Below the pieces are notes generated by a model that was given only the letters and a program-made list of their open reading frames with translations, did not search any database and had not been told where the DNA came from. A stretch of 30,799 bases of DNA, from positions 1 to 30,799 of the forward strand of contig JBMFOM010000010.1 in the NCBI GenBank assembly GCA_049969615.1. The letters run 5' to 3'. Of the stretch, positions 1 to 8,872 are shown piece after piece. Every line of letters begins with the position of its first letter. Position 1 is the first letter of the stretch. The translations under genes and the position numbers were made by a program. Source of the stretch: a candidate division WOR-3 bacterium (lineage in GTDB: Bacteria > Hydrothermota > Hydrothermia > JBDRYB01).

Positions 1-53
1 CTGACCCATCCGGGCTTTCTCAAACCAGGGGGGTATGCTGAGAATCAAAAATG

Positions 54-76
54 AGCACATCCGGGGAAAGGATCAC
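54..76 (+). repeat. Dispersed repeat, copy 1 (AGCACAtCCGGGGAAAGGATCAC)
   Basis: 22/23 identical to 2260-2282. Confidence 0.8.
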
Positions 77-142
77 TGAGATAAAGTATATTTGATTTGA
101 ACCATAAGTCCGGATTAAAATTTGCTTCAGAAGGAGAAGAAG

Positions 143-358
143 ATGCCTGTTCCAAAAAAACACCAGTCCAAGGCCAGGTCGCGGAAACGCAGGACGCATT
201 ACAAGGCCTCGGCTCCTACTCTAGTGGCCTGCCCCAGGTGCGGCGCGACCAGGCTCCCTCACAGGGCCTGCCCGGAGTGCGGTTTCTACCGGGACGAGAA
301 GGTCATGAAGAAGACAAAGGCTGAGAAGAAGATAGAGAAGGAGCTTGAAAAGGCCTAG
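143..358 (+). CDS. rpmF: 50S ribosomal protein L32 (Zn-ribbon C+ form)
   Basis: MPVPKKHQSKARSRKRR...CPRCG...PHRACPECGFY; SD AAGGAG at 131-136 before ATG 143; adjacent to plsX. Confidence 0.97.
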   Translation: MPVPKKHQSKARSRKRRTHYKASAPTLVACPRCGATRLPHRACPECGFYRDEKVMKKTKAEKKIEKELEKA

Positions 359-1366
359 ATGAGAGTCATCATTGACGCCTGGGGCACGGATAACGCCCCT
401 GAACCCGAGATAAAGGGAGCTATAGCGGCCCTGTCCAAGGCAAAGGATCTTTACATAACTTTGGTCGGCGATGCCGGGCTTATCTCGGAATCGCTCCGCG
501 AAGTCCCGACCAGGATTGACATTGTTGACGCGCCGGAGAGAGTTGAGTCCAGAGAGAAACCAACCGATGCCCTCAGATACAAACGAGGATCATCCCTTGC
601 TGTCGGCCTAAGACTCCTAGCAAAAGGTGAGGGCGACGCGTTTGTCTCTGCTGGAAACACAGGCGCGGTGATGGCTTTTTCCCTGAAGGAGCTCGGCACG
701 GTCAAGGGCGTGAAGAGGCCAGGCATAGCTGCGTTTTTCCCTCGCAGAAAAGGGGGCTACAACCTCGTCATTGATGTGGGCGCGAATGTTGATGTGAAGC
801 CCAACCAGCTTGAGCAATTCGCGATAATGGGTTCTTTGGCCTACAGGCACCTCTTCGGCGAGAAGAATCCCCGTGTGGGTATCCTGAATGTGGGCGAGGA
901 GGCCGTGAAGGGCAACGCCCTGGTTCTCGCTACCCAGGAGATCCTTTCTAAAAGTAGCCTTAATTTCATCGGATTCATTGAAGGCCACGAGCTCCTGAGC
1001 CCAAAGGCCGATGTCATTGTCATGGATGGATTTGTTGGCAATGTTATCCTCAAGTTCGGCGAGGGAATGGCATCAATGGTCTTTGGATTCCTGAAGGACG
1101 AGATGGAGGGCAGGCCCGAAACCCTGCTGGGCGCCATGCTGATGAGAAGGGCGATCAAGGGCCTCCTCAGAAAGGTTGACTTTGAGGAATACGGAGGCGC
1201 GCCTCTCCTCGGGGTGAACGGCCTGGTGATGATATGCCACGGCAGGTCAGGCCCGCGCGGGATAAAGAACGCGGTCCTAACCCTACGGAGGCTACACGGG
1301 GAGGGGCTTTTGGGGGAGATACAGAGGGAAATAGCCAGGTATCCAAATGGCCTGAAGTTCACATAG
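359..1366 (+). CDS. plsX: Phosphate acyltransferase PlsX
   Basis: IDAWGTDNAP, VSAGNTGA, IDVGANVD, LNVGEEAVKG, DGFVGNVILK, YGGAPLLGVNG..ICHGRS; canonical rpmF-plsX order. Confidence 0.97.
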   Translation: MRVIIDAWGTDNAPEPEIKGAIAALSKAKDLYITLVGDAGLISESLREVPTRIDIVDAPERVESREKPTDALRYKRGSSLAVGLRLLAKGEGDAFVSAGNTGAVMAFSLKELGTVKGVKRPGIAAFFPRRKGGYNLVIDVGANVDVKPNQLEQFAIMGSLAYRHLFGEKNPRVGILNVGEEAVKGNALVLATQEILSKSSLNFIGFIEGHELLSPKADVIVMDGFVGNVILKFGEGMASMVFGFLKDEMEGRPETLLGAMLMRRAIKGLLRKVDFEEYGGAPLLGVNGLVMICHGRSGPRGIKNAVLTLRRLHGEGLLGEIQREIARYPNGLKFT

Positions 1367-1554
1367 TTCAGCCGGCCAAAGATGCCAACTATCACCGTGA
1401 CATTCTTATCCCCAAGCCATTCCTTGTAGTCCTCCCTGGATTCCAGCCTCGCGAGGCCCAGGAAACCGGGGGTCACTTGGTCTATCATCTTGGGAGCGGC
1501 CGCACCTGCTCCGGCGAGTATTTCTGCGCTCATGGCAAGGATAAAGCTTATCAT
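1367..1554 (-). pseudogene. Possible 5' remnant of an exported protein gene (ORF continues antisense into plsX to 841)
   Basis: ATG overlaps the lipoprotein stop (ATGA coupling); starts MISFILAMSAEILAGAG; remainder lies antisense to plsX. Confidence 0.35.
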
Positions 1555-2093
1555 CGGAATACCACCTTTATTTCGGCCCAGGAAGCGCTATCAGCTTTGA
1601 AATCCTCCCAGGTAAGGACATCCCAGAGCTTCGTATCCGGGTTTTTCACCAGGTTGAGCTTGGCCGTTCCCTGCGCCCTGTATATGTTTTCCCCTGAGGT
1701 ATAGACGGTCATGTCATATGACAGGTTGTAAAAGTAGGAAGAGGGCCCATCTGACCACTCGTCAATCACCGTCAGGCTTGCGTTTATTGGTGTGGGCTGG
1801 CCCAGGTCCAACTGCGCCATCATGTTCCTTATGACCGTGTCTTCGGTTGCCTTTGTCCAGTTATCATACTGGGGACCATCCAGCGATGGATCAGGAGCGA
1901 AAACAAAGAACTCGTTCAGTGAGGCCATGTAGTTATCGGGTAGTTGGAAGTTCAACGCATTTTCAAGGTTATTTAGGACAGCGTCAGGGGATGTGGGTTG
2001 TTCCCAGTAAGGCGGACCTCCGGGTGGCTCAGGCTCGCGCAGGCCAAACCAATCGCAAGAGAGGAGAAGCGCCAGAGCCAGAAATCTTCTCAC
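1551..2093 (-). CDS. Hypothetical lipoprotein
   Basis: MRRFLALALLLSC lipobox, Pro-rich linker, PTSPDAVLNNL...; TATAAT 7 nt upstream of GTG. Confidence 0.8.
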   Translation of the reverse strand: MRRFLALALLLSCDWFGLREPEPPGGPPYWEQPTSPDAVLNNLENALNFQLPDNYMASLNEFFVFAPDPSLDGPQYDNWTKATEDTVIRNMMAQLDLGQPTPINASLTVIDEWSDGPSSYFYNLSYDMTVYTSGENIYRAQGTAKLNLVKNPDTKLWDVLTWEDFKADSASWAEIKVVFR

Positions 2094-2130
2094 GGGTTAA
2101 ATTATAACCCACTTCCTGCATAGGATCAAG
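2091..2130 (-). promoter_or_regulatory. Sigma70-type promoter for a leaderless lipoprotein mRNA
   Basis: Minus strand TTGATC-17 nt-TATAAT-7 nt-GTG. Confidence 0.7.
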
Positions 2131-2144
2131 CATTTGTGTATTTA

Positions 2145-2282
2145 GTGATCCTTTCCTCAAATGGTCTTAGAGTGCTCGTGGCTCTTTTCATAACTTGAGA
2201 AGCTCAATTTTCGCTCTGAAACCGTCAAACCCATGTTTCAACTTGGATGGAGCCAAGAAAGCACAGCCGGGGAAAGGATCAC
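2145..2282. mobile_element. Putative MITE-like element bounded by 12-bp inverted repeats
   Basis: GTGATCCTTTCC (2145-2156) is the exact reverse complement of GGAAAGGATCAC (2271-2282); the same end motif recurs at 65-76. Confidence 0.45.
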
Positions 2283-2296
2283 ACCTTCCTTGATAC

Positions 2297-2335
2297 ATGA
2301 TCCTGCATGGAAAATGGGTTATAATTTCTCCCTTG
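2297..2335 (+). promoter_or_regulatory. Sigma70-type promoter for leaderless rsmI
   Basis: ATGATC-17 nt-TATAAT(2320-2325)-7 nt-TTG 2333. Confidence 0.7.
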
Positions 2336-3004
2336 TCTGGAACCCTTTTTGTGGTGGCAACGCCCATAGGAAACCTGGAAGACATAACGCTCCGGGCCCT
2401 CCGGGTTTTGCGGGAAACCGAGATAATAGCATGCGAAGACACAAGGAGAACCCGCAAACTCCTCTCCCACCACGGAATTCGCGGCAGAACGCTTATATCC
2501 TACCACGAGGGCAACGAAAGAGAGAGGGCGCAGGAGCTCCTTGAAATCCTAACGAGCGGAAAGGACATCGCACTGGTTTCGGACTCCGGGACGCCGTGCA
2601 TCTCTGACCCAGGCTATAGGATAACCAAAGCCGCGGCAGACGCTGGGATAAATATCGTGCCGGTTCCGGGGCCCTCGGCACTGATAGCCGCGCTTTCGGC
2701 CTCCGGCCTTCCAACGGATCGTTTTGTTTTTGAGGGTTTCCTTCCCAGAAAGAGGGCCAGCCTGAAAAAAAGGCTCTCAGAGCTCGTTTCCGAGGAAAGA
2801 ACCCTAGTGATATATGAATCGGTCCACAGGATAAGTAAAACCCTGGCTGAGCTAGCGGATGTGTTCGGAGACCGGGAGGCCGTAATGTTCAGAGAAATGA
2901 CAAAAACACACGAGGAGGTCATAAGAGGCCGCTTATCCGCACTGGCGGAAAGAAAATTCCCCCAAAGGGGGGAATTCGTCATGGTCATAAAAGGCACAAA
3001 CTGA
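2333..3004 (+). CDS. rsmI: 16S rRNA (cytidine1402-2'-O)-methyltransferase
   Basis: GTLFVVATPIGNLEDITLRA, ACEDTR, LVSDSGTPCISDPG, PGPSA, FEGFLP, REMTKTHEE; start placed at TTG 2333. Confidence 0.96.
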   Translation: MSGTLFVVATPIGNLEDITLRALRVLRETEIIACEDTRRTRKLLSHHGIRGRTLISYHEGNERERAQELLEILTSGKDIALVSDSGTPCISDPGYRITKAAADAGINIVPVPGPSALIAALSASGLPTDRFVFEGFLPRKRASLKKRLSELVSEERTLVIYESVHRISKTLAELADVFGDREAVMFREMTKTHEEVIRGRLSALAERKFPQRGEFVMVIKGTN

Positions 3005-3012
3005 GGTTATAT

Positions 3013-3618
3013 ATGGCAGGTATAAAGAAATTCTTTCTCATGTTGACCAGGCCGCTGGTTATACCCCTCGTAAAACTCCGCGTTTCCCCTAACCTGCTCA
3101 CCCTGACTGGTTTCCTGGTTACCCTCTGTGCGGCCTGGTTATATCTCTCACATCCGATGTGGATAGCTGCGCTGGTGCTATTGGCCGCGGGCCTGTTTGA
3201 TACGCTTGATGGACAGGTCGCCAGGGCTGGTAGCCGCGAGAGCCTGTTTGGTGCCTTTCTGGACTCCGTGGTTGACAGGCTCTCGGAGTTCGCGATCTTT
3301 GCGGCCCTTCTGTGGAGGTTTAGGGATATCAACTGGCATTTCGCGATTATATTCCTGTCAATGTCCGCTTCCGTGATGATAAGCTATGCCAGGGCTAGAG
3401 GTGAGGGACTTGGATTGCGGACTGAGGCCGGGCCCATGCCTAGGGCAATAAGATACTTCTGGATCATTCTGGCCTCTTTTCTGCCACCGTTCTGGTTCAT
3501 CTTGGTCATGATCCCGTTCGCAGGGCTTGCGTGGATCACGGTTGCGCGGCGTTGCCGGGAGCTTTATACTTTTCTCTCTCCTCTTTCTGCTGGTTCTGAG
3601 GATAAGGAAAGGAGGTAA
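3013..3618 (+). CDS. CDP-alcohol phosphatidyltransferase (probable phosphatidylinositol-phosphate synthase)
   Basis: SPNLLTLTG and DTLDGQVAR...[10 protein letters not shown] signature; SYARARGEG; directly upstream of ino1. Confidence 0.88.
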   Translation: MAGIKKFFLMLTRPLVIPLVKLRVSPNLLTLTGFLVTLCAAWLYLSHPMWIAALVLLAAGLFDTLDGQVARAGSRESLFGAFLDSVVDRLSEFAIFAALLWRFRDINWHFAIIFLSMSASVMISYARARGEGLGLRTEAGPMPRAIRYFWIILASFLPPFWFILVMIPFAGLAWITVARRCRELYTFLSPLSAGSEDKERR

Positions 3619-3625
3619 TGAGATA

Positions 3626-4723
3626 ATGAACCATAAGGTGAGGGTTGCTATAGTTGGAGTAGGCAACTGCGCCTCTAGCATCGTGCAGGGCGTTCACTAT
3701 TACCGGAATGCCGAGGAAGGAGACTTTATCCCCGGGATAATGCATCCCGTCCTTGGCGGATACCACATAAGGGATATAGAATTTGTCGCTGGCTTTGACA
3801 TCAATGTAACCAAGGTTGGCAAGGATATTGCCGAGGCAATCTACGCAGATCCCAACAATACCTTTGTTTTTGCCCATGTTCCTCCTCTTGGCGCCAAGGT
3901 CCACAGGGGGCCAACAATGGACGGCCTTGGGAAATACCTGGTCAATGTAATCAAGGAATCAAAAGAGCCACCCGTTGATGTGGCGAAAGTTCTAAAGGAC
4001 ACAGGCGCTGAGATCGTTCTGAACTACTTGCCAGTTGGCTCCGAGGAGGCCACGCGTTATTACGCGCAGGCCGCGATTGACGCCGGTTGTGCGTTCGTGA
4101 ACGGCATTCCGGTCTTCATCTCGTCTGATGCTACCTGGGCAAAAAAATTCTCCGATGCTGGGCTTCCGGTTTTGGGGGATGACATAAAATCTCAGGTAGG
4201 CGCGACCATTTTGCACAGAACGCTTGTTCAACTCTTCAACGACAGGGGTGTGAAACTTCTCAGGACCAGCCAGCTCAATGTTGGGGGGAACACCGATTTC
4301 ATGAACATGCTGGAGAGGGAACGTCTTGACTCCAAAAAGAAGTCAAAGACCCAGGCAGTGACCTCCATGATACCCTATGACATGGGGGCCACTAATGTCT
4401 ATATAGGTCCATCGGACTATGTGGCATGGCTTGAGGACAGAAAATGGGCTCACATCCGCATGGAGGGCCAGACATTTGGTGATGTGCCTCTAACCATAGA
4501 ACTCAAGCTTGAGGTCTGGGATAGCCCTAATTCTGCTGGAGTAATGATAGATGCTGTCCGGTGTGCGAAAATAGCCCTTGATGCTGGTCTCTCTGGCCCG
4601 ATATGGGAACCATCGTCCTATTTCTTCAAATCCCCGCCAAAACAGGTTCCAGATTATAAGGCCAGACAGGCGGTGGAGGAATGGGTTGCCAAGCACGCCA
4701 AGCCAGTGGGCGTTGAAAAGTAG
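3626..4723 (+). CDS. ino1: myo-inositol-1-phosphate synthase
   Basis: [62 protein letters not shown] at 3609-3616. Confidence 0.96.
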   Translation: MNHKVRVAIVGVGNCASSIVQGVHYYRNAEEGDFIPGIMHPVLGGYHIRDIEFVAGFDINVTKVGKDIAEAIYADPNNTFVFAHVPPLGAKVHRGPTMDGLGKYLVNVIKESKEPPVDVAKVLKDTGAEIVLNYLPVGSEEATRYYAQAAIDAGCAFVNGIPVFISSDATWAKKFSDAGLPVLGDDIKSQVGATILHRTLVQLFNDRGVKLLRTSQLNVGGNTDFMNMLERERLDSKKKSKTQAVTSMIPYDMGATNVYIGPSDYVAWLEDRKWAHIRMEGQTFGDVPLTIELKLEVWDSPNSAGVMIDAVRCAKIALDAGLSGPIWEPSSYFFKSPPKQVPDYKARQAVEEWVAKHAKPVGVEK

Positions 4724-4746
4724 GCGCGACCCCATGGGGTCGCTCT
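4720..4746 (+). repeat. GTAG-type REP-like palindrome / stem-loop
   Basis: GTAG (4720-4723, overlapping the ino1 stop) followed by the perfect 18-bp palindrome GCGACCCCATGGGGTCGC (4726-4743). Confidence 0.6.
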
Positions 4747-4797
4747 CCAATCAGGTTCAATTGATGGTGCAGGCCTGTGCCTCTGATGAGGTTTCTG

Positions 4798-5415
4798 TTG
4801 CGCGGGTTTTTTCTTGTCCTTGAAGGCATAGAGGGTTCCGGCAAGACCACCCTTGCCGAGGGCTTGGCCAGGAAATTTGAATCAGGTGGTTGTAGTGTCC
4901 TTTTGACCAGGGAGCCGGGCGGAACGCCCTTGGGCGAGAGGATAAGGGAAATACTCCTCCACTCCAAAAATGACATATCGCCATGGGCAGAGTTCTTTCT
5001 GTTCCTCGCCGCGAGGCGAGAGCACACCTACAGGGTAATAAGGCCAGCGCTTGCGGAAGGCAAGCCCGTTATATCGGACAGGTATTATCTCTCATCCTTC
5101 GCTTATCAGGGCTATGGCAGAGGTCTCCCACTGAAAATACTCTCCAGGCTCAACAAGTTCGCGACCGGAGGCTTGGTTCCTCATCTAACCATAATAGCCG
5201 ACCTGCCGGTTGAGCATGCCCTAGCAAGATTGAAGAGGAGCAGAGATAGGATTGAATCAGAATCAACCGAATTTCACGAGCGTGTGAGGCTTGGCTATCT
5301 GAAAATGGCGAGGCGAGCGGGGAAGAGGATAAGGGTCATTGACACGACCCGGCCCCGTGAGGAGGTCCTGGAAGAGGCATGGGGGATGGTACAGGAAAGG
5401 TTGCGGGGCAAATAG
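4798..5415 (+). CDS. tmk: Thymidylate kinase
   Basis: LEGIEGSGKTT P-loop, TREPGGT, ISDRYYLSSFAYQGYGRG; start TTG 4798 after GAGGT (ATG 4786 is an alternative). Confidence 0.96.
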   Translation: MRGFFLVLEGIEGSGKTTLAEGLARKFESGGCSVLLTREPGGTPLGERIREILLHSKNDISPWAEFFLFLAARREHTYRVIRPALAEGKPVISDRYYLSSFAYQGYGRGLPLKILSRLNKFATGGLVPHLTIIADLPVEHALARLKRSRDRIESESTEFHERVRLGYLKMARRAGKRIRVIDTTRPREEVLEEAWGMVQERLRGK

Positions 5416-5436
5416 CCCCAGGCCTATAATTTACCC

Positions 5437-6186
5437 ATGATAGGGAACGAGGTTCACTTCAACGCCTTCAACCCGGACGCCCCGGTATCGCCTGAGCTTC
5501 TTGTTGGCCGCAAAAAGGAGATCAACCCCTACCAGGAAGCCATAAATAGGACAACGAGGGGCCAGGTGAGAAATCTAATGGTGGTGGGTGAACCGGGCAT
5601 AGGTAAAACTTTATTCTTGTATCTAGTAAGAGGGAATTACACTCCCCCCGGATGTGCTGGCAATTTATCTATCATTGGGAACCTCTCGCAAGATGAGACA
5701 TTTGAGCTGGTGGACAAGGCCCTTGCCGAAAGTATCCTCCAAAAAAACCAAGAGGGAATTCAAAGACAATTTGTGGTTATGCTCCGAAGGCATGCCCAGC
5801 TTCGTTCACGCTATAGGGTGGAGGGGGACGGAGTTTTGGATTTTGTCGATTTTGTCAACAGACTCACGGGCACCGATGAGGTGAAGGGGTCCTGGACGTT
5901 CTCTGGTTCAAGTTCTTCCAGAACAGATACAGCAGGAAGATACAAGCAAACACCTACAGGCAAGTTTTGGACGCTATGGCATCTATACTGGATGACGAGA
6001 TCAATGCGGGAGACATCAGGGAAGAATTGAAACGCAAGAAGATCAACCTGGGCAATGCCCTGAATGTTTGGTCAAACGAGGGGTAATTTACAAGGTGGAG
6101 GAAAAAGGGGTTCTACAAAATGGGACAGGATGTTCAAGCTGTATCTGAGAATGGATGAGGCTGGAATTATAAAGAAAAAGCGTTGA
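5437..6186 (+). pseudogene. Decayed P-loop ATPase with C-terminal winged helix (archaeal ATPase/AAA_16-like)
   Basis: FNP...LVGRKKE, Walker A GEPGIGKT; no clear Walker B; C-terminal segments in shifted frames (YRQVLDAMA..., LVKRGVIYKVEEKG, RMFKLYLR...KKR* at 6186). Confidence 0.65.
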
Positions 6187-6242
6187 GCCCGGATCCCTCA
6201 TGAATCCGAAAGACCCTCTTGGTGCAATATAATGAATTGCCC

Positions 6243-7163
6243 CTATAGGCTCTTCCTGAAAGATTTCCTGGCCCTTTCCCCCAAACCAAAAAGTCTCCAC
6301 TGCTTGATGTGAATCCGCATTGGCCTGGCAATCGCGCCGAAGGACTCTTTGAACGCGGCCTGGCCAGCGTCTCCGGGTGTGGTTGAACCAAGGCTGAACT
6401 CGGAACAACCCCTCTCCCTGGCTGATTCAATGGAACGGAACACGAGCGCGCTCATGGGCCTCAGGGTAGCGAAGCTTCTGTCAAAGCCGTGCAGGTATGC
6501 AAAAGCCCTGCGGTTGTGAATCAGGTTGAGGATAAAGGCAACAGGCTTGTTCTCCTGTCTAGCCATGAAACCAAAGATATGGCCCTTCATCTCTGAGAAA
6601 AGGGATTGCATGGCCCCAGGGCTGAGAATCAAGCCGGTTCTTATGGCCTTAACTTTCAAGTAAAGCCCGTAAAGCTCGCCCGAGAAGCCGGATAGATCCT
6701 CCAGGACAAGTCCCCTCCTCTCTGCCTGCCTCGCGGCCTTGATCTGGGAACGCGACGGATTAAAACGCGCGAGATCAACCGAGTGAACGGGAACGATAAC
6801 AGCCTTCCACGGGGAATCAAGAGCATTCTCCGGATCGCATATCCTCGCGTGCCAGTAGCCGGCAAATGCCTTGTGCCACTCCTTTGGAGGCTGGGAACCA
6901 AGGGGGCCACCCGGAGCATCAAACGGGACGGAATACGCGGCCCTCATCAGGTAAAACCTTCTCTCAATAAGGGGTATTATCCCGGAAGGATAGCCCCACT
7001 CGTGCCAGACCAAGAACCTTATCCGCGAGAAGGGAAGGATTGAACTAGCGAACCTGAGCCAGGAAATAGTGTGGAACGGGGTAGCAGACGGCAGATAGAG
7101 GAATTGAAGGTAAATGGGAGAACCCTCATCGTAATCAACAAACTCAAAGGATTTTGCGATCAG
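6243..7163 (-). CDS. FemAB-like / GNAT-fold acyltransferase
   Basis: N-terminal ATPFHTISWL upstream of TTG 7013, RSQIKAARQAER, ALVFRSIESARERGCSEFSLG...FKESFGA; frame is open up to a TAG at 7185-7187; probable CTG start at 7163. Confidence 0.8.
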   Translation of the reverse strand: MIAKSFEFVDYDEGSPIYLQFLYLPSATPFHTISWLRFASSILPFSRIRFLVWHEWGYPSGIIPLIERRFYLMRAAYSVPFDAPGGPLGSQPPKEWHKAFAGYWHARICDPENALDSPWKAVIVPVHSVDLARFNPSRSQIKAARQAERRGLVLEDLSGFSGELYGLYLKVKAIRTGLILSPGAMQSLFSEMKGHIFGFMARQENKPVAFILNLIHNRRAFAYLHGFDRSFATLRPMSALVFRSIESARERGCSEFSLGSTTPGDAGQAAFKESFGAIARPMRIHIKQWRLFGLGERARKSFRKSL

Positions 7164-7783
7164 AATGTCCTCGTGAAACCAAAACTAGCACCACCCTCAG
7201 GCAATAGCCTGAACCTAAGACCCGTGCCCTCCAGAGGAGTGCCTGCGAACCACTGGGTATAGATGAAGGCCTCAACTCCGGCAAAAAGGTGGTTGGCCAA
7301 AATAACCCCCATCATGGTAGTAGAAAGACTGAACGCGTTTCGGGATGCTGAACGCAGACGCATGAACTCCTGCTTGCTGGATTCGCTGGGCCACTGCCAG
7401 GTCTCGGTGAGCTTAACCGAGTCCACATACGCGGCCTGCTCCTCCGGGTTGTCCGGGAAGAGATGCCTGGCCTCTGCCCACAGGGCCTGTATGTAATCGT
7501 CGTAGTTCATGTATGCCTCCATCGCGTCCCAATATTCCTCGCCCCAGTCAGGGCGCGCGCCGGTTTCCTGATATGCCCATATCCGGGATTCTTCAGCAAG
7601 CCTATCCCCCTTGACCCTGAAGCCCAGAACTCCGGCCCAAGAAACCGCCTCCACACCCAGGAAGGTCCAGCCAGTCGCGGTCTGGCCAACCGAAAACTGG
7701 CCCCAGCCAGGCAGGGCCAGGGATTTCAGGCCAGCCTGGAGCGAGGGCGAGAGGCCACCTAGCAAAGCGACGAAAATCATCAT
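7160..7783 (-). CDS. Hypothetical exported/membrane protein (SLALPGWGQ motif, DUF5683-like)
   Basis: Short hydrophobic N-terminus, SLALPGWGQF, C-terminal beta-strand-like FGFTRTF ending in Phe. Confidence 0.75.
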   Translation of the reverse strand: MMIFVALLGGLSPSLQAGLKSLALPGWGQFSVGQTATGWTFLGVEAVSWAGVLGFRVKGDRLAEESRIWAYQETGARPDWGEEYWDAMEAYMNYDDYIQALWAEARHLFPDNPEEQAAYVDSVKLTETWQWPSESSKQEFMRLRSASRNAFSLSTTMMGVILANHLFAGVEAFIYTQWFAGTPLEGTGLRFRLLPEGGASFGFTRTF

Positions 7784-8083
7784 CGAGGATATATTTTAAA
7801 CCATGTGGCTGGGCCTGATCAAAATGAAATGACTCGCACAAGAGAAGGGGCGTCCTCCGGCTTCATGATCCAAATTGAGCCTGCCCCAGAATAAGGCTTA
7901 CAGCCTGCCGCAAAATCATGGTTACAACGCGGCCGGGGCGCTCGTTCGCAACGAGTCCTTCGTCGTCTCGGGCCCGGTGGTGCACACAGGATTCGGCAAA
8001 CCCATGGTATGACGCCGCGTTCTCGGATTTCGCGTTTGGGGAACAACGAGCCGGAATCAAGGCGCGGGCCTGCGGCCCCGGTT

Positions 8084-8104
8084 TATAATTTCCCCCTACT
8101 GGAG
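8084..8104 (+). promoter_or_regulatory. -10 box and SD of the etfB operon
   Basis: TATAAT 8084-8089, GGAG 8101-8104, ATG 8114. Confidence 0.55.
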
Positions 8105-8113
8105 AATAGAACC

Positions 8114-8863
8114 ATGAAGATAGCTGTTCTTCTCAAAAGGGTTCCTGACACGGGGATTTCCCTTTGGGTTGCTCCTGATGGTTCGGACATCGTCCAGGAA
8201 GGCATCGTCTATGTCACCAGCCCATATGAGGAATATGGTCTGGAGGAGGCCGTCAGGATAAAGGAGAAGGCCCCGGACACCGAGATAGTCGCAGTGAGCC
8301 TTGGGCCAGACGAGGCCCAGGAGGTCCTTAGGAACGCGCTGGCAATAGGCGCGGACAGGGCAATCCTCCTCAAGAGTCCGGATTACAAATGGTTTGACCC
8401 CATGACAACAGCGGCCATTCTCGCAGAGACCCTAAGGGCCGAGAATCCTGATCTGATCTTTGCTGGCAAGCAGGCCGTTGATGACAACGCTTTCGCGGTT
8501 CCGGCCTATATCGCATGTAACCTTGGCCTGCCGATCGTCTCCTATGCTGTGAACATAGAGCTCTCCAGCGCGGACGCGATTGTCACCAGGGAAACCGATT
8601 GGGGAACCGAGAAGCTCAGGATTTCCCTGCCATGTGTGATAACCTGCGAGAAGGGACTAAACGAGCCGCGCCTGCCCGCGCTGAGGGGCATCATGGCCGC
8701 GAAGAAAAAGACCATAGAGATCAAGGATGTATCCGGCTCGCCGGTGTTTGCAAGGCCCACCCTGTCCCTGCCACCACAGAAACAGGCAGGGGTCAAGGTC
8801 CAAAAGGAATTTCCTCAAGATGTTGATGAGCTCCTCTCCTTCATGAGGGAAAAGATCCTATAG
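8114..8863 (+). CDS. etfB: Electron transfer flavoprotein beta subunit
   Basis: MKIAVLLKRVPDT, EEAVRIKE, ALAIGADRA, GKQAVDD, LNEPRLPALRGIMAAKKK. Confidence 0.95.
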   Translation: MKIAVLLKRVPDTGISLWVAPDGSDIVQEGIVYVTSPYEEYGLEEAVRIKEKAPDTEIVAVSLGPDEAQEVLRNALAIGADRAILLKSPDYKWFDPMTTAAILAETLRAENPDLIFAGKQAVDDNAFAVPAYIACNLGLPIVSYAVNIELSSADAIVTRETDWGTEKLRISLPCVITCEKGLNEPRLPALRGIMAAKKKTIEIKDVSGSPVFARPTLSLPPQKQAGVKVQKEFPQDVDELLSFMREKIL

Positions 8864-8872
8864 GAGGACAAG

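Noticed and set aside
1-60. Start of a minus-strand gene (MCSFLILSIPPWF...)
   Set aside because: Only 20 codons visible and it overlaps the dispersed repeat; cannot be supported
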